A stretch of DNA of 41,438 nucleotides, from positions 1-41,438 of the forward strand of contig CAZZGC010000002.1 in NCBI GenBank assembly GCA_964653915.1, read 5' to 3'. The notes under the pieces were generated by a model. That model was not told where the DNA came from. It worked only from the letters and a program-made list of their open reading frames with translations, and did no database searches. The stretch is from an uncultured Thermodesulfovibrio sp. GTDB lineage: Bacteria > Nitrospirota > Thermodesulfovibrionia > UBA6902. This document shows positions 34,127-41,229 of the stretch, in pieces. A program made the position numbers and the translations under genes. How positions within the stretch are numbered: the stretch's first letter is position 1; the number at the start of each line of letters is the position of its first letter.

Positions 34127-34579
34127 ATGACACAACATACTGAAAAAGAACAACTCAGGAGGGATCAGCGGGGCTTTACCCTGATCGAACTGATGGTTGT
34201 TATGATCATCCTGGGGCTTCTTGCAGCACTGGTGGTACCGAGGATGTTCGGGCGACTTGGAGAGGCAAAGACTAAGGCGGCTTATGCCCAGATAGAGCTG
34301 TTCGGCACAGCCCTTGACTCTTTCAGGCTTGACGTTGGACGGTATCCCACTTCCGAGGAAGGCCTGGAGGCGCTCATCAGTCCGGTCTCCGGAGTGGAGG
34401 AATGGAACGGTCCGTATCTGAAGAAGAACGAGATCCCTCTCGATCCTTGGAACAGGCCTTACCATTACGAGTCACCGGGAAATCACGGTGACTACGATCT
34501 TTATACACTTGGTGCGGACAACGCAGAAGGCGGAGAGGGTGTAAATAAAGACGTGGTGAGCTGGAAGGGCCTGAAGTAG
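34127..34579 (+). CDS. gspG: T2SS cluster 2: major pseudopilin GspG
   Basis: 150 aa with 'DQRG|FTLIELMVVMIILGLLAALVVPR', 'YPTSEEGLEALI', 'DPWNRPYHY' and 'GADNAEGGEGVNKDV'. The SD GGAGGA lies 7 nt upstream of the ATG. Confidence 0.92.
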   Translation: MTQHTEKEQLRRDQRGFTLIELMVVMIILGLLAALVVPRMFGRLGEAKTKAAYAQIELFGTALDSFRLDVGRYPTSEEGLEALISPVSGVEEWNGPYLKKNEIPLDPWNRPYHYESPGNHGDYDLYTLGADNAEGGEGVNKDVVSWKGLK

Positions 34580-34580
34580 C

Positions 34581-35111
34581 ATGTGCAGTTCCTTTGCCGC
34601 GCGGCCTGTACTGGCCCTGCTTATTTTTCCCCGGCGTAACATATCTGCGGGAAGAGGGCGGGACTGTTCCGGTTTTACCCTTGTCGAGATAGTTATAGTA
34701 CTGATAATCATGGGGATAGCCGCGGGCCTGATAGGTCTGTACATCGGAAGGGGGTCCGGAACTTTTCACATGAGGACGCTGGCCAAGGACATAGCCTCCA
34801 CATTGCGTTATGCCAGAAACCACGCGGTTTCGGAAAAGACAACATACTGTTTTGTGGTCGATCTCGATGAAGGTAAGTACAGGCTGTACAAAGGCGGGGA
34901 TGAAAATGCCGTGGTGGTCATCAGCGATACTCTCCCTGATGATCTCGATATAGGGTTCGACAGAGCTGTGGACGAAGTATACGATATAGAATTTTTCCCA
35001 TACGGGAACTCATCCGGCGGAATGATCGAATTAAGCAAGGGTTCCGGCAGAGGAATGGTAGTGTCGGTAGACCGGCTGAGCGGGCGTGTGGAAGTATCAA
35101 AAAAGGAATGA
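34581..35111 (+). CDS. gspH: T2SS cluster 2: minor pseudopilin GspH-like
   Basis: 176 aa with 'DCSG|FTLVEIVIVLIIMGIAAG' after a 31-residue leader. Position and size fit GspH. Confidence 0.6.
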   Translation: MCSSFAARPVLALLIFPRRNISAGRGRDCSGFTLVEIVIVLIIMGIAAGLIGLYIGRGSGTFHMRTLAKDIASTLRYARNHAVSEKTTYCFVVDLDEGKYRLYKGGDENAVVVISDTLPDDLDIGFDRAVDEVYDIEFFPYGNSSGGMIELSKGSGRGMVVSVDRLSGRVEVSKKE

Positions 35112-35494
35112 AGAGAGAGATGGCAGTTGATAACCGTGGATTTACCCTTATAGAGGTGATCATATCTGTGGCTGTGCTTGCAGTCAGTTTTGTGCTTGTC
35201 ATGCAGCTTTTTTCCGGTGGGCTTCGGGCGAGCAGGGCTTCCTGCGACTATTCGAGGGCCATAGTGCATGCGAGGGACAAGATGGAGGAGATGGCATTCA
35301 GTCCGGAGCAGGGCAGCGGGGATTTCGAAGACGGCTTCAGCTGGCGGACCGATGTGGAGCCTCTGGAATCGGATAATGATCAGCAGAGATCTCTCATGAA
35401 GATAAGAGTGAAGGTCTTCTGGAGTGATGCAACGGACCGTAATAATGCCATAGAACTTGTAAGCCTGAAGGCGGTGCCCGCGGAAAGTATGTAG
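35108..35494 (+). CDS. gspI: T2SS cluster 2: minor pseudopilin GspI-like
   Basis: 128 aa with 'DNRG|FTLIEVIISVAVLAVSF'. There is a 4-nt overlap with the preceding gene. Confidence 0.65.
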   Translation: MKREMAVDNRGFTLIEVIISVAVLAVSFVLVMQLFSGGLRASRASCDYSRAIVHARDKMEEMAFSPEQGSGDFEDGFSWRTDVEPLESDNDQQRSLMKIRVKVFWSDATDRNNAIELVSLKAVPAESM

Positions 35495-35501
35495 AGGGAT
35501 C

Positions 35502-36146
35502 ATGAAAGAGAAAATTGTTTTCTTCAGTCGTGCACGGTTTGTCAGGTTCAGAGCTGCCGGTGCGGACGGATTTACTCTGCTTGAACTCATTATAGCACTG
35601 ACGATTCTCACTATGGTTACAGTCATAATAGGGAGCGGCCTCAGGATAAGCGTCCGTGCCTGGGACAAGGGCGAGGCCGAGACCGGGGAAACCCAGCGCT
35701 TGCGGATACTGTCGGGAATGATCTCTCAGCAGATCAAATCAGCCTATCCGTATAAGGTTGAACTGGATAACGAAGAAGTAGTCCTGTTTGAGGGGAAAGA
35801 GGATTCCCTGCTCTTTGCCACTGCTCTTGCGGATGATTCGACCGGCGGGATGAAATGGGTCAGATATGAATACAGGGACGGTACTCTTTATTACAATGAG
35901 GGAATCCTTCCCGACAAGAAACTCGATGAAAGTATAGACTCCGGAGCGGATGTACTTGATTCCGATGTAGGCTATGTGAAGTTTGAATATCTTGATGAAG
36001 AGGATAGCTGGAGCGACTCATGGGACAGGGGTGACGGCATACCTGTTGCCGTGAGAGTGAAGATTTCGTATTTTCAGCCGTTTCGGGTCTACGCTCAGTA
36101 CGGAGCGAAGGTGATAGAGGATGAGGGCCAGGACAGGAATCTTTAA
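35502..36146 (+). CDS. gspJ: T2SS cluster 2: minor pseudopilin GspJ-like
   Basis: 214 aa with 'GADG|FTLLELIIALTILTMVTVI'. Position and size fit GspJ. Confidence 0.65.
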   Translation: MKEKIVFFSRARFVRFRAAGADGFTLLELIIALTILTMVTVIIGSGLRISVRAWDKGEAETGETQRLRILSGMISQQIKSAYPYKVELDNEEVVLFEGKEDSLLFATALADDSTGGMKWVRYEYRDGTLYYNEGILPDKKLDESIDSGADVLDSDVGYVKFEYLDEEDSWSDSWDRGDGIPVAVRVKISYFQPFRVYAQYGAKVIEDEGQDRNL

Positions 36147-37113
36147 TAATTTGGGGAAGCCGGCACGCTTTCCGTCGTTCATGGATGAGAACGGTGTTGC
36201 CGCCCTTCTTCTGGTAGTATGGATCATGGTAATGCTGCTTGGGCTTGTAGGGGAGTTTTCATACTCAATGCGGACGGAACTGAAAATCACCCGCAACTTC
36301 AAAGAGGAGGAGGAGGCCTACAGACTTGCCCTTGCCGGCATAGAGATGGCCAAGTCGGAGCTTCTCGCCGTAACCGACATGCGCCAGGTGCATATGTCAC
36401 CCTCCGGGGAACTGCTTCTGAAAAAGGAAGCAGCAGACGCCCTTGATGAAGAGAGCGAGCCTGAACGGAAAGGTGAGCTTGGCCGTGGCAGATTCAGCTA
36501 TGTCCTCCGGGATGAGGAAGGGAAACTGAATATCAACAAGGCATCACGTGATGAGCTGCGGTATCTGCTGGTAGATTCCGGGGTTGATCCTGCCGATGCG
36601 GACACAATAGCAGACTCCATCATCGACTGGCGGGACAGCAATGACCTGCATATGCTCAACGGTGCAGAGGAGGATTACTATCGTTCGCTTGAAAATCCAT
36701 ACAGCTGCAGGGACGGGGATTTTACCACCGTTGAGGAGCTCCTTCTCGTCAGAGGGATGACGAAGGAGATACTTTACGGATCAAAAGGCGGAGCAGACGA
36801 TGAGGAACCGCAGTATAGCGGTATAATTAACAATTTGACAGTATATGGGTCGGGTGCTATTAATATTAATACCGCTTCACGTGTTGTGCTTGAGGCCGTA
36901 TTCGGCACGGAACGTACGGACGATATAATCTTCCGCAGAGAGGCGGCGCCGCTTCTGAGCCCTATAGGAAAGAGCAAAGTCTCATCCGAGACATTCACCA
37001 TTGTTTCACAGGGTGAAAACGCGGACGGGTCCATAAAGAGGACGGTCAAGGCTGTAGTGCATAGACGAGGCAACAATCTGGTTACGCTGTACTGGAAAGA
37101 CAATGTGGTTTGA
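36121..37113 (+). CDS. gspK: T2SS cluster 2: minor pseudopilin GspK
   Basis: 330 aa with a hydrophobic N-terminus lacking Glu5 ('GVAALLLVVWIMVMLLGLVGEFSY'). GspK motifs are 'LRDEEGKLNINKAS', 'DSIIDWRD' and 'INTAS'. The start may instead be Met21 (36181). Confidence 0.8.
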   Translation: MRARTGIFNNLGKPARFPSFMDENGVAALLLVVWIMVMLLGLVGEFSYSMRTELKITRNFKEEEEAYRLALAGIEMAKSELLAVTDMRQVHMSPSGELLLKKEAADALDEESEPERKGELGRGRFSYVLRDEEGKLNINKASRDELRYLLVDSGVDPADADTIADSIIDWRDSNDLHMLNGAEEDYYRSLENPYSCRDGDFTTVEELLLVRGMTKEILYGSKGGADDEEPQYSGIINNLTVYGSGAININTASRVVLEAVFGTERTDDIIFRREAAPLLSPIGKSKVSSETFTIVSQGENADGSIKRTVKAVVHRRGNNLVTLYWKDNVV

Positions 37114-38653
37114 CAGATATTTGGGAACATTTCTGGTAATCGAATTCAGGGAAGAAGCCTTGCTGGTTTCATTCATCAACAACAGCCTCAGGGGCATGAC
37201 ATTGCTTGACTCCTCATCCTTCCCTCTTCGCAACATTGATTCGGATATAGAGCCGGTCAGGGAGTATATAGCCAGACATTCATCCAGCATCAAGGGCGTT
37301 TTCACCTGTGTGCCGGACAGATGGGGGATTGTCAGATTTATCGATGTGCCTGCTGCAAAAGGGGGCGAGGCTCTTGATCAGTTAATGGGATTTGAGATTG
37401 AGAGGCATATACCGTTTGGTCTGGACGATGTCGTATATGATTATATCGTGACCGACGATCATGAGAAGATGCTGAATGTTGCATTCACGGTCATTCGAAA
37501 GCAGAAGATGGAGATCTTCCATGATGTGATGGAGCGACTGGCTCTGAAGCCGGACCTCATTACGACGACGGCCTTCGCTGTACTTGAAGCGGTTGATCTC
37601 GGCGGCCGGAATCCGGGCGGGTGGCAGCATATTGTGGGGATACAGGGGCGTTCCTTTTTCAGGACGATCAGGGGTGCGGCAATGTTCCTTTATGTCGAGA
37701 GGGGATACTTGGCTACGGTATTGTTTTCCGATGGCGTCTGCAAGAATATCAGGGTATTCGGTTTTGATCCCTCGTCCGGGGAACCTGATCTTGATGAAAT
37801 TGTTGAGCATATTAACAATCTGCGCACCGTGCACAGTATAGAATCTGTCGGAAGAATAATCGTCACGGGAAGGAAAGACGTGATTCCGGGAGGCGCAGAG
37901 GCATTTTCAGAAAAGATCGGGGCAGAGGTCATCGAACGGAATGAGCTCATTCAGTTTGTATCAGCTAACCGGGAGATAGAGACTGAGGGTATTACTCCAT
38001 CTGTCGGCGCGTGTCTTGCGGGTCTTGGTCTTGGAGATTACAGAATAAATCTTCTTCCTCACAGACGCGAACATCAGATCAGGAAGAGACTGCCTCTGAC
38101 GACTCAGGCATTGATCGGGATAATAATCATTCTGCTGATCGCTACCGCGTCAGCCGGGTATTTCAAGAACAAAAAGTTTCTCCGGGAGATCGAGTCGGAG
38201 ATAGCCGCGAATGCCCCCGAGGTTGAGCGCATAGAAAAACTTTCAGCAATAGTAAAGGAGTACGAAAGGCAGCAGAAAGAGCTGAAGGGCATACTGGAAA
38301 ATGAAATTACACTGGACATGCTTGCCGAACTGACGAGGATCATGCCTACCCAGGCATGGGTCACAAATCTTACATACAAGGGCTGGAGTCCGGGAGATAA
38401 AAAGCGGGAAAAGTCGGAGATCATAATTACCGGGCTGGCCGACTCGTCTTCGGCGCTGATCCCCATCCTCGAGGACTCTCCTTACTTTGAGCAGGTTGAG
38501 TTCGTAGGCCCGATCAAGAAGACGCGTGAGAAAGAGGGATTCAAGATAAGGGCGACAGTTGTCAATCCCGAACTTGTATCGCGGCAGGCACGGGAGAAAC
38601 AGGGATCAACAGGGAAGAATCAGTCCGAAGGGAGGACGGGCAATGGCTCTTAA
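37103..38653 (+). CDS. gspL: T2SS cluster 2: GspL-equivalent, PilM-like cytoplasmic domain fused to PilN-like TM/periplasmic domain
   Basis: 516 aa with 'LDQLMGFEIERHIPFGLDDVVYDYIV' (PilM-type motif). It continues with 'RINLLPHRREHQIRKR' plus a TM 'ALIGIIIILLIATASAGYF' (PilN-type) and a periplasmic ferredoxin-like part. Confidence 0.65.
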   Translation: MWFDRYLGTFLVIEFREEALLVSFINNSLRGMTLLDSSSFPLRNIDSDIEPVREYIARHSSSIKGVFTCVPDRWGIVRFIDVPAAKGGEALDQLMGFEIERHIPFGLDDVVYDYIVTDDHEKMLNVAFTVIRKQKMEIFHDVMERLALKPDLITTTAFAVLEAVDLGGRNPGGWQHIVGIQGRSFFRTIRGAAMFLYVERGYLATVLFSDGVCKNIRVFGFDPSSGEPDLDEIVEHINNLRTVHSIESVGRIIVTGRKDVIPGGAEAFSEKIGAEVIERNELIQFVSANREIETEGITPSVGACLAGLGLGDYRINLLPHRREHQIRKRLPLTTQALIGIIIILLIATASAGYFKNKKFLREIESEIAANAPEVERIEKLSAIVKEYERQQKELKGILENEITLDMLAELTRIMPTQAWVTNLTYKGWSPGDKKREKSEIIITGLADSSSALIPILEDSPYFEQVEFVGPIKKTREKEGFKIRATVVNPELVSRQAREKQGSTGKNQSEGRTGNGS

Positions 38654-39239
38654 TATATCCGACAGGGAAAGAAAGTTTCTCATATTCGGCGGTATAGCCG
38701 TTATGCTTATACTGGGGTTCTATTTCTACGGCATCTACGGCGATATGAAGGTGAAGGCGGAAGGCTATATCGATTCGAGGGTGCTTGTGCTTGAAAGACA
38801 GAAGAGGATACTGGCAAGAAAGGATGCATATCAGAAAAAGGCGGACAGGATAAGGAAAGATCTTGCCCGGCTTGACGCATCGTTTCTGAAGGGGACCAAG
38901 CCGCCTGTGGCGGCTGCCGAGCTGCAGAACCTTCTGAAGCAGATCGCTACTTCGTTAGGAATAGAGGTTAAGGTGGAAAAGGCGCTCAATCCCCAGGACG
39001 CGGGATTTTATGTCGCTGTTCCGGTTGAGATAGGATTCATGTCAAAGACCGGCGGTCTCAAGGAACTACTGGAGCGCATAAGGAATGCTGAGCCCCTTTT
39101 GACGATATCCGAACTCAAGGTGAGGGTGATAAATGTGCGGAAGCCGGACATGCTCAATGTTTCGTTGATAGTCACCGGGTACATCAATAAAGAGAAGTCT
39201 CAGGCCGGATCTGGGAAAGGAGGGGCCGGTGCTGCGTAA
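38643..39239 (+). CDS. gspM: T2SS cluster 2: GspM/PilO-like protein
   Basis: 198 aa from the ATG at 38643 ('MALNISDRERKFLIFGGIAVMLILGFYFY'), with a coiled coil and a ferredoxin-like domain. It overlaps the gspL stop by 11 nt. The listed start at 38559 lies inside gspL. Confidence 0.55.
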   Translation: MALNISDRERKFLIFGGIAVMLILGFYFYGIYGDMKVKAEGYIDSRVLVLERQKRILARKDAYQKKADRIRKDLARLDASFLKGTKPPVAAAELQNLLKQIATSLGIEVKVEKALNPQDAGFYVAVPVEIGFMSKTGGLKELLERIRNAEPLLTISELKVRVINVRKPDMLNVSLIVTGYINKEKSQAGSGKGGAGAA

Positions 39240-39843
39240 CTTCTTTCTCGTGAATCTCCTGCTGATCGCCGTTGCCGGATATTTGGGATACGGGCTTTAC
39301 AATGTTGTCACTATGAAGATGGAGCCGCCGGCTGTGGCTGAGGGGACAAAACAGGCTGTCGCCGGCAAGAAAAAGAAGGCTGCGGTACAGCCGAAGAAGT
39401 CCTATGATATCATCAGGAACTTCAACCTCTTCAACCCGTCGCGGGTATCGGTCGTTCAGAAGACCGAGACCGCATCCAGTAAGCCCATACCAAAGAACAG
39501 GCCCAAACTCTTCGGTACGGTCATACTGGGTGACGTCAGAACAGCGATCATAGAGGACCCTTCGACAAGAAAAAGAAAGATGTACAAGTTGAATGAGTCG
39601 CTTGGTGATTACGTTGTCTCCGAAATTCTCAAAGACAGAGTCATTCTGCTCTGGAACGGCGAAAAGGTGGAGGTGAAGCTCAGGGAGGACAAGGGGGTCA
39701 GACCTACGCCCGTGGCGCAGGTCCAGAGGACCCAGCAGTTTCAGCGCCAGCAGCAGAAGAGGACAAGCCGTACCAGACCGCGCAGGCCAAGGAGGATCAG
39801 GAGAAACGTCCCGCCCCCGCCCCCGCAGGCACAGCAGAAGTAG
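39229..39843 (+). CDS. T2SS cluster 2: GspC/PilP-like HR-domain protein without PDZ, with Arg/Gln/Pro-rich tail
   Basis: 204 aa with a GTG start and an N-terminal TM ('FFLVNLLLIAVAGYLGYGLY'). The HR-like region is 'NLFNPSR...KLFGTVILGDVRTAIIEDP...MYKLNESLGDYVVSEILKDRVILLWNGEKVEVKL'. The tail is 'QRQQQKRTSRTRPRRPRRIRRNVPPPPPQAQQK'. Confidence 0.5.
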   Translation: MLRNFFLVNLLLIAVAGYLGYGLYNVVTMKMEPPAVAEGTKQAVAGKKKKAAVQPKKSYDIIRNFNLFNPSRVSVVQKTETASSKPIPKNRPKLFGTVILGDVRTAIIEDPSTRKRKMYKLNESLGDYVVSEILKDRVILLWNGEKVEVKLREDKGVRPTPVAQVQRTQQFQRQQQKRTSRTRPRRPRRIRRNVPPPPPQAQQK

Positions 39844-39891
39844 GGTTGCATAAAACTTAATCTGCCTTCACCGGCTGAGCCTGCCTGTTTG

Positions 39892-39916
39892 ACTTCATGA
39901 AGTAACAGATTTTTTT
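39892..39916 (+). terminator. Weak candidate terminator after T2SS cluster 2
   Basis: The 12-nt palindrome ACTTCATGAAGT gives only a 4-bp stem with a tetraloop. It is followed 6 nt later by a T7 run (39910-39916). The structure is weak. Confidence 0.25.
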
Positions 39917-39917
39917 C

Positions 39918-39947
39918 TTGATTTCCTGAATAAACTGAATTTATAAT
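39918..39947 (+). promoter_or_regulatory. Candidate sigma70-type promoter (TTGATT-18 nt-TATAAT) about 270 nt upstream of the DUF1566-like gene
   Basis: TTGATT is at 39918-39923, followed by an 18-nt spacer and TATAAT at 39942-39947. Motif match only. Confidence 0.35.
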
Positions 39948-40224
39948 ACAGCATCTTGCCTGAGGACAATACGGTTTTGAAATACGGGAAGGGGGGCGTA
40001 TTATCTTATTTCTTCATCGTTTTCTAGTAAATCAAACAGTTACGGCTGAGGTGCCAGCACGTTTGTTCGGCGCGAAGCACCTCACAACCATGCGGATTGA
40101 ACAGACGTCCCGAAGCATCGGGATGCTCCTCATCCGCACCATTGGGCATTTAATGCAGACAGGGAAAGGAGGGGACATTAACAATCTTTTAGCCGAACAA
40201 TTTCAAAAAAGTGGGGAAATAAAC

Positions 40225-40791
40225 ATGCTAAAAAAAATTTTATTAGCAATTATTATGGCTATGGTCTTAGGCTTTTCCATGCCGGCACAGGCTGCTCTGC
40301 AAAACCTCGGTGTGGACAGTGCTGGCAATCAGTTGATTTATGACAGTGACCTTGATATCACGTGGTACGATTTTACAAACGGACCAGATCATCCTAGCTG
40401 GCAAACCCAGGTAGATTGGGCAGCTGGGTTGTCGGTGACTTTTGGCATCAACACTTATACAGATTGGCGCTTGCCGATTACATTTGATAACAGCTGTATG
40501 GATTTATCCAACTGCACGAATAGTGAGATGGGTCACCTGTATTATACAGAGTTAGGAAACGATTCAAGTGGGCCACCTAACAACTATGGTGATTTTCAGA
40601 ATCTGTCGCCGGTCTGGTACTGGTCGGATACCGAGCTCAACGCTGATGAAGCCTGGGCCTTCAGCTTCTACGACGGCAACCAGGGCTATGACTTTAAGGT
40701 AAACCCAGGCGACGGTTATGGCCTTGCTGTTCGTTCTGGAATGGCCGTTGCTCCCGAACCAGTAAGCTCTATCCTGTTTGTTGCGGGCTGA
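40225..40791 (+). CDS. Secreted DUF1566 (Lcl C-terminal domain)-like protein, PEP-CTERM signal truncated by in-frame TGA
   Basis: The ATG at 40225 has SD GTGGGGA and the signal peptide 'MLKKILLAIIMAMVLGFSMPAQA'. DUF1566-like motifs are 'DWRLP', 'VWYWSDTE' and 'AWAFSFYDGNQGYDFK...GLAVR'. The C-terminal 'APEPVSSILFVAG' is followed by TGA, then in-frame 'TLLAGRRYIKRKK' and TAA (40831-40833). Confidence 0.7.
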   Translation: MLKKILLAIIMAMVLGFSMPAQAALQNLGVDSAGNQLIYDSDLDITWYDFTNGPDHPSWQTQVDWAAGLSVTFGINTYTDWRLPITFDNSCMDLSNCTNSEMGHLYYTELGNDSSGPPNNYGDFQNLSPVWYWSDTELNADEAWAFSFYDGNQGYDFKVNPGDGYGLAVRSGMAVAPEPVSSILFVAG

Positions 40792-40983
40792 ACACTTTTA
40801 GCAGGAAGGCGTTACATAAAAAGGAAGAAATAAGCATAACCAGTTGATGGCCAGTGAACGAGTACCAGCAGTTTTGATTTTGCTTTTGATTAGTTTAAGG
40901 AGCGCAAACTGGTTTTCGGCTAGTTTACATCCTACAGGTACTCGTCAGTCATCATATCGTTATCTCTATGGAGGTAAAAATTA

Positions 40984-41229
40984 ATGAAAGCTGATCATGA
41001 TCTTCCGGTGAGCGCAAGGTTAGCCCAAGACAAAGCAAGATGGGATGCAGCACAACAAGAAAAAAAGAAATCCCAGCAAAAGGTCGTCATTACAGAAATA
41101 GATATCCCATTTACCAATCTTGTATCTTTCTTAATTAAACTTGCTATTGCCGCCATACCAGCAGGCATTATTGTGGCGATCATATGGTTGTTTGTTTCAG
41201 CCGTGATCTTTGGAATCATTTCAAAGTAA
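40984..41229 (+). CDS. Small hypothetical membrane protein
   Basis: 81 aa with SD GGAGGT 8 nt upstream of the ATG. It has a charged N-terminal half and two hydrophobic segments ('LVSFLIKLAIAAIPAGIIVAIIWLFVSAVIFGII'). The antisense 116-aa ORF has no SD. Confidence 0.5.
   Translation: MKADHDLPVSARLAQDKARWDAAQQEKKKSQQKVVITEIDIPFTNLVSFLIKLAIAAIPAGIIVAIIWLFVSAVIFGIISK

Noticed and set aside
34808-35668. 286-aa ORF antisense to gspH2-gspI2-gspJ2
   Set aside because: It spans three well-supported prepilin genes on the other strand. Its product is low-complexity (Ser/Pro/Arg/Leu-rich) with no motif. I judged it spurious.
40051-40224. N-terminal 58-codon extension of the DUF1566-like ORF (listed start GTG at 40051)
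   Set aside because: The ATG at 40225 has an SD and is immediately followed by a canonical signal peptide ending AQA. The extension would bury that signal peptide and overlaps the stem-rich leader.
40789-40791. TGA reassignment (Gly/Trp) or selenocysteine as the explanation for the split PEP-CTERM signal
   Set aside because: TGA terminates several well-conserved genes at their expected ends in this window (larC, gspE2, gspK2, nadE). I saw no SECIS-like hairpin immediately downstream. A local mutation, sequencing error or read-through is more parsimonious.
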